A DNA stretch of 64,000 nt from Methanobacteriota archaeon (GTDB lineage: Archaea; Thermoplasmatota; Poseidoniia; Poseidoniales; Poseidoniaceae): assembly GCA_018662825.1 (NCBI GenBank), contig JABJFI010000002.1:57-64056 (forward strand), written 5' to 3'. A program made the translations under genes and the position numbers. Shown here in pieces: positions 8,301-17,301 of the stretch (position 1 is its first letter; each line of letters begins with the position of its first letter). The notes under the pieces are model-generated. The model had not been told where the DNA came from, did no database searches, and saw only the letters and a program-made list of their open reading frames with translations.

Positions 8301-10494
8301 CCACCGCCTGCCATCTACGACTCAAACCATTCAAATCCAGATATCGGACCAACCTATCTTACCTCAGAACATCCATGCCATGGTTTGGCGAGAATGGATA
8401 GATGATGACAACTTCAACCATTGGCCTGATGAAAATGAATACCACCAAGTTGCTTTGTATATCCCAAATAACCTCACGACTCTAATCGGGCAATACACTT
8501 TGATGATGGACGATACCGGTGGAAGCCTTGGACAGAAAGTATCGGTTTATCTGGCTGGTTCTGATAATGCCGGTCATCCATTGGAGAATGGAGGTGCAAA
8601 TATTTCTGGTGAGCAGTTATTCATGTATCAACTAGCAATTGACGGCCCACCAACTGTTGCCTCGAATGCGTTTTCTTTTGATGGTGGCAAGAAACCATGG
8701 TTACACCCCGAAATGTCTTATGTCTTTGATGTCGATATTTCTGAGCCCAACGGTGGTTCTGACTTGGCCACTGTTGTTGTTGAATTGGCGTCAAACCAAG
8801 GAAGTGACCCACTTCCAATTCGATGGGACTTCACAACTGGCAATTGCACTACAACCAGCCCCCACGTCTTGATTCAAGAATGTGAGATGCGAGGTGCAAA
8901 CGGCCCTGCTGACCCTTTTGAACGGGACATGTCTCTTCATGTCGAACTGATACTCGCATGGACCACTCCAGATTTAGGTGAGACTCACAGAGAACCTGGA
9001 ATTCATGTTATTGACCGAGCAGGACAAGAAGTATTCCACGCCTTCCCAGAACATCGTTGGCGCTTCTCTGCGGCAATGGAGATTCCTGAAGAAAGCGTCA
9101 CTTTGATTCTTTCACAAGGCACATTACTCGGTGATGGAGCCCGTTTAGCACCGAACAGCCCATTGGAAGTTGCCGGTGGCGTGGTCTTCGCTGAAACGGG
9201 ATTGATTCCGCAATTTGATTGCCAAATCAATGTCTTGTTTGCCGGCTCGACAACTTCAGCCAGTTCACTCGAAGGAATTTGGTCGGTTGAATTACAAGCA
9301 CCTTCCACAACCATGACCATTCCCATGACGTGGAGCGTTGGCTGTCTAGAAGGGCAAGGTGTGGATGTGACAAATCAAGAAACCTCAGTTCGTTGGATTA
9401 TTGTTGACGGAACGGGTCCAGAACCTGTTGAAGTTTCCAACCCGCGTCCACTATCTGTTCTTGAAGCCGAATCCCATGAAGTTAGAGTCCTTCTTTCCGA
9501 AGCAGGCGGTTTAGATATTGATTCACTTGAATTGGTTTGGTGGGTTGAAGAGAAAGCAACTGGAGACCGTTTGCGAGATGGAGTTGAACCATTATCACTA
9601 ATCGGCACAGATATTTCGGGATTACGTTTGGAAGTTGTTGGTTCGATGGATTTGAGTGAAGTTACGCCTGAAATGTTGGAAAACCGACTTTCAGTTCACA
9701 TTGTTGTCACCGGCCGAGATTTGGCTGACAATGAAGTGCTCGGTCTAGGAGGGACTCCTGCTGGAACACCTGTTGGTGTATGGGATATGGTGTGGCTGAA
9801 ACCAGAATTCTCTTTGCAAGGTTCTTCAATCAGCTATTCCCGTTTACTAGTCGAGGTAGGTCAAACATCGATTGTCACGGCCTATGTTGAAAACACGGGT
9901 TCTCTAAACGGTTCAGTTGAAGTAGTCTTTACCGAAGTTCACATGGATGGAAACCGTTCTACGCTCCGCCGAATGACTGTTGAAGTCCCAACGGGAGGTG
10001 GGGTGCCGGTTTCGACCGATTGGAATCCATCCATGCCAGGTTTGCAATGGGTAGAGGTTCAATTGGAATTAGGTTCTACTTCTATTGGCCCATCGATTGA
10101 TGTTCGACCGCAACGCGAAGAATCATTCACAGAGAGGGTCTTTGGTGATGTTCACCCTGTATTGGGGACATTTGCTGGTCTGCTATTCCTCTCAATTGTA
10201 ATTACCGGATTGGTTTGGGCTCGGCGCATGACATTGAACCGCGGTTCAAAACTCGAATATGATTGGGATGAATATTCATCTGAATTTGAAGATGATGAGA
10301 ACTATGGCGAAGAATCACACAATACGGCTGTAGAAAGTGAAGCAGCACCTGCAGCAGCCGTTGAAAACGCTACAGCATCTGTTGAAGAAACCGATTGGGT
10401 AATGGGCTCTGATGGCTACTGGTGGTATCATGATAAAGTCACCAACGAATGGTGGTACAAGAATGCTGAAGGCGAAATCGTCCAACACAACTGA
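5377..10494 (+). CDS. Giant secreted, C-terminally membrane-anchored protein (reelin-like jelly roll, Ig-like/CARDB domains, aromatic cytoplasmic tail)
   Basis: 1705-aa ORF with N-terminal signal peptide, beta-rich S/T/G/N body, CARDB-like segment (VENTGSLNGSVEV), TM helix near aa 1595-1615, acidic linker and terminal WVMGSDGYWWYHDKVTNEWWYK. Confidence 0.75.
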   Translation: MTGSSSRRGALLLTLLMLFGGPLQTMLSEPSSVTEMPTFLEDEETILLAGTGDDAIIQLSGSGSYSELFTVEVPSNAPVTDIHLSMKPSVDVTQQGFVWDDNTIWSHSSTTNNGTFVLDNVLTGNGAGTLWDFNTNAAGWSFSNSYSSRVTSPGCGYNGSSGGSIRTYAGSTYATSPVNDFSGVSAMPLHVWVRQGSSSCGEEPDSNEDLKIQYRTASNTWTNLHTFSGSPTSSNTATQYMTNLPAAALHSNTQIRFHQTGGSGTCCDYWFVDDVHFATPPSAEWTSPTIGFAASSFQDVEQGPWAPIYLNAEVPTGANLNWTVLDGTTGNPISGMTGNGAGWIPLNGLDWHSVTSIRLNLFFEPSPNGQMASIHSISGDGQYAVSANYPQAFDGWSANGSSAYFVPSTDSYDGMVNDQFISPWFSASAALAEIYVDATTILSQAQIRTSPADNWTNITLPYSLNLLGSEGTVGAYQVQFVAASNSTTDVWQVFDFETGAYGGLQPAAPAIDFGQDSLFEWGGSDARVGSWGWQDRFENGQTSIAANPGIGGSSTVKAWIPATELSSFCFSALSSNGDLAALSLVHDGTIVANWTIESGSSYFILDQTQLAELNAAIAGTSSLVSALGTYFTEVEFEVFGSGNVTLAGLGIPYEASKSLIAPVDSSFVLEMNGARYGLPAIGGVHNIPLPITSETSGGLHISIEGLNTSSSVQLLNMNMHTDALILTPSQRWQTMETTFDVFSSSATTARLDVVGGGNSATWLLPLNGGSPIGTGDSALVELHPTSAVTSFESGTSITMNITFRIEPSWDDSDTIKASSRLLLANGVLSIPALYTWGGMGSQGFENDLEIKDVIFKDSYNIELEPTDYYLKAGSTVQIEIQIGFEGMNTDDAFADGDAIVEFYRGETLVANTTILDGNMWNITDNIPFTFGAMVWHFEVKPINGSGTTSAAVFTRTFHIDSITPQVLDVNMDRYDHRLPSTTQTIQIQISDQPILPQNIHAMVWREWIDDDNFNHWPDENEYHQVALYIPNNLTTLIGQYTLMMDDTGGSLGQKVSVYLAGSDNAGHPLENGGANISGEQLFMYQLAIDGPPTVASNAFSFDGGKKPWLHPEMSYVFDVDISEPNGGSDLATVVVELASNQGSDPLPIRWDFTTGNCTTTSPHVLIQECEMRGANGPADPFERDMSLHVELILAWTTPDLGETHREPGIHVIDRAGQEVFHAFPEHRWRFSAAMEIPEESVTLILSQGTLLGDGARLAPNSPLEVAGGVVFAETGLIPQFDCQINVLFAGSTTSASSLEGIWSVELQAPSTTMTIPMTWSVGCLEGQGVDVTNQETSVRWIIVDGTGPEPVEVSNPRPLSVLEAESHEVRVLLSEAGGLDIDSLELVWWVEEKATGDRLRDGVEPLSLIGTDISGLRLEVVGSMDLSEVTPEMLENRLSVHIVVTGRDLADNEVLGLGGTPAGTPVGVWDMVWLKPEFSLQGSSISYSRLLVEVGQTSIVTAYVENTGSLNGSVEVVFTEVHMDGNRSTLRRMTVEVPTGGGVPVSTDWNPSMPGLQWVEVQLELGSTSIGPSIDVRPQREESFTERVFGDVHPVLGTFAGLLFLSIVITGLVWARRMTLNRGSKLEYDWDEYSSEFEDDENYGEESHNTAVESEAAPAAAVENATASVEETDWVMGSDGYWWYHDKVTNEWWYKNAEGEIVQHN

Positions 10495-10511
10495 CGTCTT
10501 GGAGTGATACA

Positions 10512-12275
10512 ATGGGTCGAAAGATTGGTCTCTTGCAAATTGACCCTACCGTTGGCGATTTGACAGGAAATGCTCGACGTCTTGAGCAAATGGCTCAACT
10601 TGCATCCGAACATGGTGCGGATGTGGGAGTGACAACTGAATTGGCGATTTCAGGATATCCGCCGCGAGATTTACTGTTGCAAGATGAATTCATTCGTCTT
10701 GCACAACAGGCCGCTTATTCGCTTAAGGTGCCCATTCCTGTTCTTGTAGGCTCACCAATCGAAGCACAGGCTAGTCGGCAATTGCCAAGTAATGGAGTGG
10801 TTCGTGCCGGTTCAAATGATGTCGTTTCTAACGATGGAACATCTCATGTGATTGCACGTAAACAACTACTCCCTACATACGATGTCTTTGATGAAGCGCG
10901 TTATTTCCAACCGGATAACCGTTCTGGCATTGCTCGAACTATTGCACATCTTGACCTTGGCGTTACCGTATGTGAAGATGCTTGGCAAGCAGCAGGTTTG
11001 ACACCTTCATCCTATTCAGCCGACCCAATCGAACATTTAGCAGAATGGGGCCGTCAAGGTGTTCAATTAGATGCGACAGTGAATCTTTCTGCCTCACCAT
11101 ACCATTCCGATAAATTAAGTTCAAGAATTCATGTTTGTCGTACCGCTGCACACGTCCTCAATCACCCATTCTTGCTAGCGAATCAAGTCGGCGGGAATGA
11201 TGATTTACTCTTCGATGGAAACTCACTGGTAGCATGGCCTGATGGGCGTGTTGTTGTTGCTCCGGCTTGGCAAGAAGGTGTTCTAGTCGTGGACATTGAT
11301 GACCCAAGCAACTGCCTTTGGGCTCCATCATGTTCGAAAGACGCGCTATGTATCGGGCAAGATGAACTGCGACACCTTTCGGCGGACGACAATGGTCATG
11401 AATACGACAAAGAACTCCTCGAAGATCTCACCGATGCCGTTGTGACAGGACTTTTCGATTATTGCAGAAAATCTGGGATTTCATCGATTGTTCTGGGACT
11501 CTCTGGCGGCATTGATTCTGCTGTAGCCGCATGCGTTGCTGCTGCTGCTGTGGGTCCGGAAAATGTCACTGGATTAGCAATGCCAAGCCGTCATTCCTCA
11601 CAACATTCGATTGACGATGCGCGACACACTGCTGAATCTCTTGGCATCAATTTTGACACCATCCCAATAGAATCATTCCATTCTTCCGTTGAAGATTCAA
11701 TTGGAGCCGTTCTCTCAAATGGGCATCCGGTCGCATCAGAAAATTTGCAGGCACGATTACGCGGCCTACTGGTCATGGCTCACGCCAATGCGCAAGGTCA
11801 CATGGCGATTGCAACGGGTAACAAATCCGAATTGGCTCAAGGATATTGCACCCTATATGGCGATATGGCTGGTGGTTACGCACCTCTTGGCGACCTTTAC
11901 AAAATGCAAGTTTACGGCCTTGCAGATATCTTTAATGCGCGTGCTGAGCAACAAGGAAAGGTTCCTCCGGTTAACCCATCGACTCGAACTAAACCCCCCT
12001 CGGCCGAACTTGCCCCGAATCAAAAAGACGAAGACTCTCTTCCGCCCTATGACATTCTTGACGCCATACTGCATTCACACATTGAAGAAGGATTAGATGC
12101 CCAAGATATTGCCGATAAAGGATTTGACCGGGCAACTGTGGTTGAAGTTCTCACTCGTTTAGAACGCAGTGAACACAAGAGATGGCAAATGTCTCCAGCC
12201 CCTCGTGTATCTTCACGTGCTTTCGGTCAAGGATGGCGCCGTCCTCTTGCTTCACGTCATGATTGGCGGCATTAA
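10512..12275 (+). CDS. nadE: Glutamine-dependent NAD+ synthetase
   Basis: Nitrilase-fold glutaminase triad motifs (TELAISGYPP, RKQLLPTYDVFDE, VCEDAW) plus synthetase motifs LSGGIDSA, ENLQARLRG, TGNKSE, GYCTLYGD, PPSAEL. SD-like GGAGTGA at 10501. Confidence 0.95.
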   Translation: MGRKIGLLQIDPTVGDLTGNARRLEQMAQLASEHGADVGVTTELAISGYPPRDLLLQDEFIRLAQQAAYSLKVPIPVLVGSPIEAQASRQLPSNGVVRAGSNDVVSNDGTSHVIARKQLLPTYDVFDEARYFQPDNRSGIARTIAHLDLGVTVCEDAWQAAGLTPSSYSADPIEHLAEWGRQGVQLDATVNLSASPYHSDKLSSRIHVCRTAAHVLNHPFLLANQVGGNDDLLFDGNSLVAWPDGRVVVAPAWQEGVLVVDIDDPSNCLWAPSCSKDALCIGQDELRHLSADDNGHEYDKELLEDLTDAVVTGLFDYCRKSGISSIVLGLSGGIDSAVAACVAAAAVGPENVTGLAMPSRHSSQHSIDDARHTAESLGINFDTIPIESFHSSVEDSIGAVLSNGHPVASENLQARLRGLLVMAHANAQGHMAIATGNKSELAQGYCTLYGDMAGGYAPLGDLYKMQVYGLADIFNARAEQQGKVPPVNPSTRTKPPSAELAPNQKDEDSLPPYDILDAILHSHIEEGLDAQDIADKGFDRATVVEVLTRLERSEHKRWQMSPAPRVSSRAFGQGWRRPLASRHDWRH

Positions 12276-12316
12276 GGTTTAGAATGTATCAAAAAGGTCT
12301 CCATATTGGCACAACC

Positions 12317-13141
12317 ATGGAGGGCAAGATTTCCAATGTTGCGGGTTATCGTTTTGTTGACCTTCCTGACCGTGATGAATTACGTGAGCCTTTTCGAGCT
12401 ATTTGCAAGAAGGCAGGCCTAAAAGGAACAGTTCTTCTTTCTCATGAAGGAATTAATTTCTTTTTGGCAGGTTCTCAATCATCGATTGACCAGTACCTCG
12501 ATTTTTTAGAACAAGATACACGTTTTTCCCAAATGGCTCTCAAATATTCTTATACTGATTATCTACCTTTCAATCGAATGAATGTCCGACTCAAAAAGGA
12601 AATCATTTCACTCGGACTTGACCATATTAAACCTGCAGAATTCACAGGTGATGAAATCACTCCTACAGAATTCAAACAATGGTTAGATGAAGGCCGTGAA
12701 GTGGCAATTGTCGATACTCGCAACGATTATGAAATACGTGTCGGAACTTTCCACGATGCATTGGACCTCAATATCAAATCATTCCGAGCCTTTCCTAAGG
12801 CTATCGAAGCACTTCCAGATTCAATGAAAGATACTCCAGTTGTAATGTTTTGTACCGGTGGAATCCGATGTGAAAAAGCAAGTGTCGTTATGCTGGATGC
12901 TGGATTTTCAAATGTCAAACAACTCAAAGGCGGTATCCTTGGATACTTCGAGGAAGTAGGAGGGGAATATTGGAACGGAGATTGCTTTGTTTTCGATCAT
13001 CGGGTTGCTTTGAATTCAGACCTTGAAGAATCTGAAACCACGCAATGTTTTGCATGCCGACAACCGGTATCTATTGAAGAGCAACAATCACCTGATTATG
13101 TCATTGAAGTTTCTTGCCCTCACTGCATTATTCAACGATGA
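12317..13141 (+). CDS. trhO: TrhO/YceA-family rhodanese-domain protein (tRNA U34 hydroxylase-like)
   Basis: LKGTVLLSHEGIN, VRLKKEII, DTRNDYE..GTF, MFCTGGIRCEKA, LKGGILGY, G.CFVFDHR and C-terminal CxxC...SCPHC. ORF track start 12263; ATG 12317 preferred because it avoids overlap with nadE. Confidence 0.8.
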   Translation: MEGKISNVAGYRFVDLPDRDELREPFRAICKKAGLKGTVLLSHEGINFFLAGSQSSIDQYLDFLEQDTRFSQMALKYSYTDYLPFNRMNVRLKKEIISLGLDHIKPAEFTGDEITPTEFKQWLDEGREVAIVDTRNDYEIRVGTFHDALDLNIKSFRAFPKAIEALPDSMKDTPVVMFCTGGIRCEKASVVMLDAGFSNVKQLKGGILGYFEEVGGEYWNGDCFVFDHRVALNSDLEESETTQCFACRQPVSIEEQQSPDYVIEVSCPHCIIQR

Positions 13142-15394
13142 TTACGGCCAAATCAACCAGTCACCGGTTTGTTCACCGTGACTCCAAAAATGAATTTCAT
13201 GCCCTCGTATTCCATCATGAGAGATGAATATCAAATGATGTTCAGTGAGTACAAGTTCGCCGTATGTTCCTGATGCCGAATTATTATTTTCTCCAGGCCA
13301 AGGGTCGTAAGCCAAATCAGGTTGCCCATCATTGCCAATATGCCACAGTGAAGAACCAGTTTCAATACCATCTATTTGTCCTGAAGCGAGGAAGAACAAG
13401 TTATCTCCATGCGTTTCAAAGCCAAGAATATTCGAACTTGCCATTCCAGCGCGCAAGTCGGTTTCAACACGGGTACCATTCACCGTTCCATCGCTCGAAC
13501 ATATTTCATGTGCCACGCTTGGTGCGACGCAATCGAACCAAACTCGTTGCTGGTGAACGATTCCACCAGCCCAATCACCAGGTGCCACAATGGTGGTTGA
13601 CAAGATGTTAGTATTAGTCGATGAAAGATTGTGAGCCCAAACTTGAGGGTCAACACCTGATGTCAGAGCATCGAACACAAGGAGTTCTCCAATTTGATGA
13701 ATGCCGAGGTGCTCAGCGACATTCGTAGTCGGATTACCTGTGCCTTGGTGTTGTAGGCTAGTAAGCCAATTCATGCCTCCATCATCGAATAAACGGACCA
13801 ATTGCCGTCCATTTTGTGCTTCTGCAACAATGACCAGTCCATCTTCGAGTAATAGAGGGGCGCCCGGTTGACTGGCACCAGTAGGATTGAGGTCCCAACT
13901 TTGTAGTTCAGCATCCATGGTGAGGAGATATGGTTCAATATCATTTTGAGATTTTGCGGAGAACCATAAATGGCTTGAATTTGCATGTAGCATTTCTGTA
14001 GCAAAAGTAGTCATCCCTAAAGACAACGTGTCGAGGTTCTGTTGCTGAACTGTTGAATAAGAGGGATGTGAAAATACAGTTGTCATGGAGGTGCCATCGC
14101 TCCAAACTAAGGTATCACTGGCGGTATTAACCACAATCCCTTGGCCCCAGGTTACAAGTTGAGAAGAACTGGAGATTGATGCATAATCGCCAGAATCAAC
14201 CACGCGCTTTGTACCGTTGAGTGTCGCATCACTGACCCATAATTGACGGCCGTTGATTCCATCATCTGCATCGAAAAACACTCGCTCACCATGTGGTGTT
14301 TGAACTGAAGTGAGACCAAGATACAAACCAGGCAATGAATCTCCGATGGCATTGATATCAAGCAGTAGTTGTGTTGAAGACTCAACACCTTCACTGACCC
14401 ATAATTCACAACCATCGACGCCGTTAACACCTGCAGTCAAGAGACGTTGCTGTTCAACCATCCACGCCATTGCATCGCAATTGGTAGTGACACCATTTGC
14501 TGTACCCGTTGCAAAATCAGAAATCGGCCCATAGAGAAGAGGCGTACTGCAGATTTGAATACTGCTTCTCACTTCATCTCTGTGTAATTGTCCATCAAAT
14601 GAAACCCCTTCTCCAATGCCATCATCAACTCCAAAACGGAGTATAAGTCCAGATGGGCAGACTGCTGGTGAGGGTTGAAGATGTTCGATGAGTGCTGGTG
14701 CTCCTTGGGCACCCGCCTCTCCTTGGGCTCCTGCCTCTCCTTGGCTTCCATCCATGCCCGTTTGCCCATTTGTGCCATCACTTCCGATTACACCATCGCA
14801 TACAGCTTCACTGGACACGATTTCAGTTTGACTGAGTTGCCCATCTTGATTGCTATCGATTCCACTGTGAAGCATGATGCCGCCATTTGGGCAGGCGATG
14901 CTGCCAAATTCCAAGTCTTCAATATACAATTGACCCGAAGGCGACATAATAGTCGCCCCAGGTGCGCCTTGAGGACCAGAAAGCCCTTCTTTTCCATGGC
15001 ACACTTTGGTTGATGAGGTGACTTCTTCTTCATCCAGATAACCATTCGAGTTGAGGTCATTACCGAGGAAGATTTCAGCCCCACCCTCTGTACAGATCGA
15101 ATCTGCATCGCGTCCTTCTGTTCTAACTAGAATTTCCGCTGCATCATCAGAACCTCCTAGTTGTGCACCTAATGATTCGAGTTGTAAGTAGGAATAGGTC
15201 GAGAGTGTCAGTGCAAGGACCAAGATAGCGGTCTGAAGGATGGTAAGGAATAATTTCTTCTTCGACTTTTGGTTTTTCTTCTGCTTGTTTTTTTTCTGTT
15301 GACCATGTATCGGAGGCACATTTTTCGGTTTTTTGTTTGGCGCAGGTTCTCCTGCAATAGAGGCGTCGACATCCATTGTTGGTGGGTTTGACAT
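13142..15394 (-). CDS. Membrane-anchored surface protein with Cys-bounded modules, Gly-X-Y collagen-like tracts and ELWxxDGT-type propeller repeats
   Basis: Lys-rich N-terminus then TM helix; three C..GG....G.D.N.dG.L...EV.....C modules; Gly-X-Y x5 and x11; repeats ELWVSEG, RQLWVSDATLNGT, EICSSDGTVNGT. ORF track start 15424; ATG 15394 preferred. Confidence 0.75.
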   Translation of the reverse strand: MSNPPTMDVDASIAGEPAPNKKPKNVPPIHGQQKKNKQKKNQKSKKKLFLTILQTAILVLALTLSTYSYLQLESLGAQLGGSDDAAEILVRTEGRDADSICTEGGAEIFLGNDLNSNGYLDEEEVTSSTKVCHGKEGLSGPQGAPGATIMSPSGQLYIEDLEFGSIACPNGGIMLHSGIDSNQDGQLSQTEIVSSEAVCDGVIGSDGTNGQTGMDGSQGEAGAQGEAGAQGAPALIEHLQPSPAVCPSGLILRFGVDDGIGEGVSFDGQLHRDEVRSSIQICSTPLLYGPISDFATGTANGVTTNCDAMAWMVEQQRLLTAGVNGVDGCELWVSEGVESSTQLLLDINAIGDSLPGLYLGLTSVQTPHGERVFFDADDGINGRQLWVSDATLNGTKRVVDSGDYASISSSSQLVTWGQGIVVNTASDTLVWSDGTSMTTVFSHPSYSTVQQQNLDTLSLGMTTFATEMLHANSSHLWFSAKSQNDIEPYLLTMDAELQSWDLNPTGASQPGAPLLLEDGLVIVAEAQNGRQLVRLFDDGGMNWLTSLQHQGTGNPTTNVAEHLGIHQIGELLVFDALTSGVDPQVWAHNLSSTNTNILSTTIVAPGDWAGGIVHQQRVWFDCVAPSVAHEICSSDGTVNGTRVETDLRAGMASSNILGFETHGDNLFFLASGQIDGIETGSSLWHIGNDGQPDLAYDPWPGENNNSASGTYGELVLTEHHLIFISHDGIRGHEIHFWSHGEQTGDWLIWP

Positions 15395-15489
15395 GATTCT
15401 TGTTAAAATCGTCAACGCTATCAAAACCTTCGGTTAATCGCAAATTTCTGGGGTTTCTTATTTTCGAGCCGTATTTTTGAGGGGGTGGG

Positions 15490-15495
15490 TTCAAG
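15490..15495 (+). promoter_or_regulatory. Putative TATA-equivalent hexamer TTCAAG (aconitase X operon)
   Basis: -30..-25 from ATG 15520. Confidence 0.55.
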
Positions 15496-15519
15496 GGGGT
15501 CCTTTGTCTGCATAAGAAC

Positions 15520-17289
15520 ATGGACTTACCTGAGCGCCTATCGGCTCAATTGGCTGGTGAAGAAGGTCCAACACGTCAAAAAGCAGCACGTTTAGTCGTT
15601 GACTTGGCAGGCACAGCAGGGGCAGAAGGTTTTGTTAAGGCCAATCAGGCCCACGTCTCAGGAGTTTCAGTCATTACAGGGGGCCACGGATTACGTCGCT
15701 TTTTGGCAGACCTTTCAAGTTCAGGCGATGGTAAAGTATCCATACCCACGACCCTAAATTCAGCAGGTTGCGATAAAGAGAAAATGAAAGAGATGAACAT
15801 CGATTGGCCAGATTTTTTAGAACAACAATTTGAAATTGTTCAAGCCTATTCAGAATTAGGAATTCAGGCAACCCTTTCTTGCACACCTTATGACCGTGGA
15901 ATCGATGATGAGAGCGGTATTGCATCATGGGCAGAGTCGAATGCAGTCTGCTTTTCAAATACATGGACCTCTTTGATTACCAACCGTGAATCAGGCCTTT
16001 CGGCATTAGCCACAGCCCTTACAGGTTTTGCACCACGCTGGGGTTTACATTTGGAGAAAAACCGAAAACCGAATATCCATGTTCGTGTTGAATGTGAACT
16101 CCATAGCCTTTCAGATTGGTCGATTCTTGGCGATTGGATTGGAAAACAAGTGCGACCCGATTGGGATGTTCCTTTTGGCCCTATGCCATTTATCCAAGGA
16201 TTGCCCACTAGAGCGAGTTTCGCTCGGAAAAAAGCACTTACTGCTGCTGCTGCGAATTATGGGACGCCTATGCTTTGGGCCGAGGGCCTTTCAGCAGACC
16301 CTCCTTTGGGGCGTGACGGGCAAGGTCAATGGAATTCTCCCGATGCTGGATGGCAAGGTGAACTGGTGTTCACCGAAGCAGATTTGCAGGCTCGTTATGA
16401 CGATTTAGCACCGAAAGGACAGGTCGATTTAGTAGTCATTGGATGTCCACAGGCCAGTCTTGAAGAAATCCGAATCACTGCCGCTGCGGTACGTTCTCAT
16501 GCAGAAATGGGTGCAAAAATTCCAGACAACAGACTGTGGGTCTTCACCAGTGGAGAGAATTACGAATTAGCCTTAGCCGACGGGAGTCTAGAGTTACTTG
16601 AACAGGCTGGAGCCGTTATTTTGAAAGATACATGTCCAGAAGTGACGCCTTACAATCGGGCTCATTACAATCATCTGTTGACCAATTCGTTGAAAGCAGA
16701 ACATTATTTGACCAGTGGCTTGAATAGACTTCCAACTAGTGTGATGTCTATTGTGGATTGTGTCAGTCATGCCTTTTCCCCCGAGTTATCTGCTGGCCCT
16801 CGCCCACTTTTGAATACGAAAGCACAGCCACAACACGCAAGTGCCAAAACCTACCAAAACAATGAGGCGGTCTTGAAAGGTGCATCTCTACAGAGTCAAG
16901 ATGATTATTGTATAACAGGTCCAGCACTGGTCACTGATGTTCCCATCACCTATCTGGGATATGTGAACCGAGACACGGGGGTCATCGAAGAAACCGGTCA
17001 CCCACTTGATGGACGTGCAGTTGAGGGCTCTATTCTCATCTATCCAAAGGGTTCAGGTTCGACAGTCGCTCCTTTCGTGTTGATGGGATTATTGTACACT
17101 GGAAAAGGCCCATCTGCTATTGTTAATCGAGATGTTTGTCCACTTACATTACCTGCTTGCTCGTTACTAGGCTTGCCGTATGGCCACGGATTTGACCAAG
17201 ATCCATGTATGGCGATTAACGATGGTGACACCATTGAACTCAAATCGGAAAACGGTATTGTTACGCTAACAGTTCTTGAAAGGGTATAA
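15520..17289 (+). CDS. Aconitase X, catalytic (DUF521) and swivel (DUF126) domains fused
   Basis: AHVSGVS, PTTLN, TLSCTPY, WAESNAV, TNRESG, IGCPQASLEE, DTC, TNSLKAEHY, then swivel-domain motifs YLGYVNRDTGVI..GHPLDG and PKGSGSTV. Confidence 0.85.
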   Translation: MDLPERLSAQLAGEEGPTRQKAARLVVDLAGTAGAEGFVKANQAHVSGVSVITGGHGLRRFLADLSSSGDGKVSIPTTLNSAGCDKEKMKEMNIDWPDFLEQQFEIVQAYSELGIQATLSCTPYDRGIDDESGIASWAESNAVCFSNTWTSLITNRESGLSALATALTGFAPRWGLHLEKNRKPNIHVRVECELHSLSDWSILGDWIGKQVRPDWDVPFGPMPFIQGLPTRASFARKKALTAAAANYGTPMLWAEGLSADPPLGRDGQGQWNSPDAGWQGELVFTEADLQARYDDLAPKGQVDLVVIGCPQASLEEIRITAAAVRSHAEMGAKIPDNRLWVFTSGENYELALADGSLELLEQAGAVILKDTCPEVTPYNRAHYNHLLTNSLKAEHYLTSGLNRLPTSVMSIVDCVSHAFSPELSAGPRPLLNTKAQPQHASAKTYQNNEAVLKGASLQSQDDYCITGPALVTDVPITYLGYVNRDTGVIEETGHPLDGRAVEGSILIYPKGSGSTVAPFVLMGLLYTGKGPSAIVNRDVCPLTLPACSLLGLPYGHGFDQDPCMAINDGDTIELKSENGIVTLTVLERV

Positions 17290-17301
17290 TGAGGTGACAC
17301 A

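Noticed and set aside
13142-17289. Functional link between the collagen-like protein and AcnX as a hydroxyproline dehydratase
   Set aside because: The collagen tracts are short and Pro-poor, and no proline racemase/epimerase genes are adjacent; divergent adjacency alone is insufficient.
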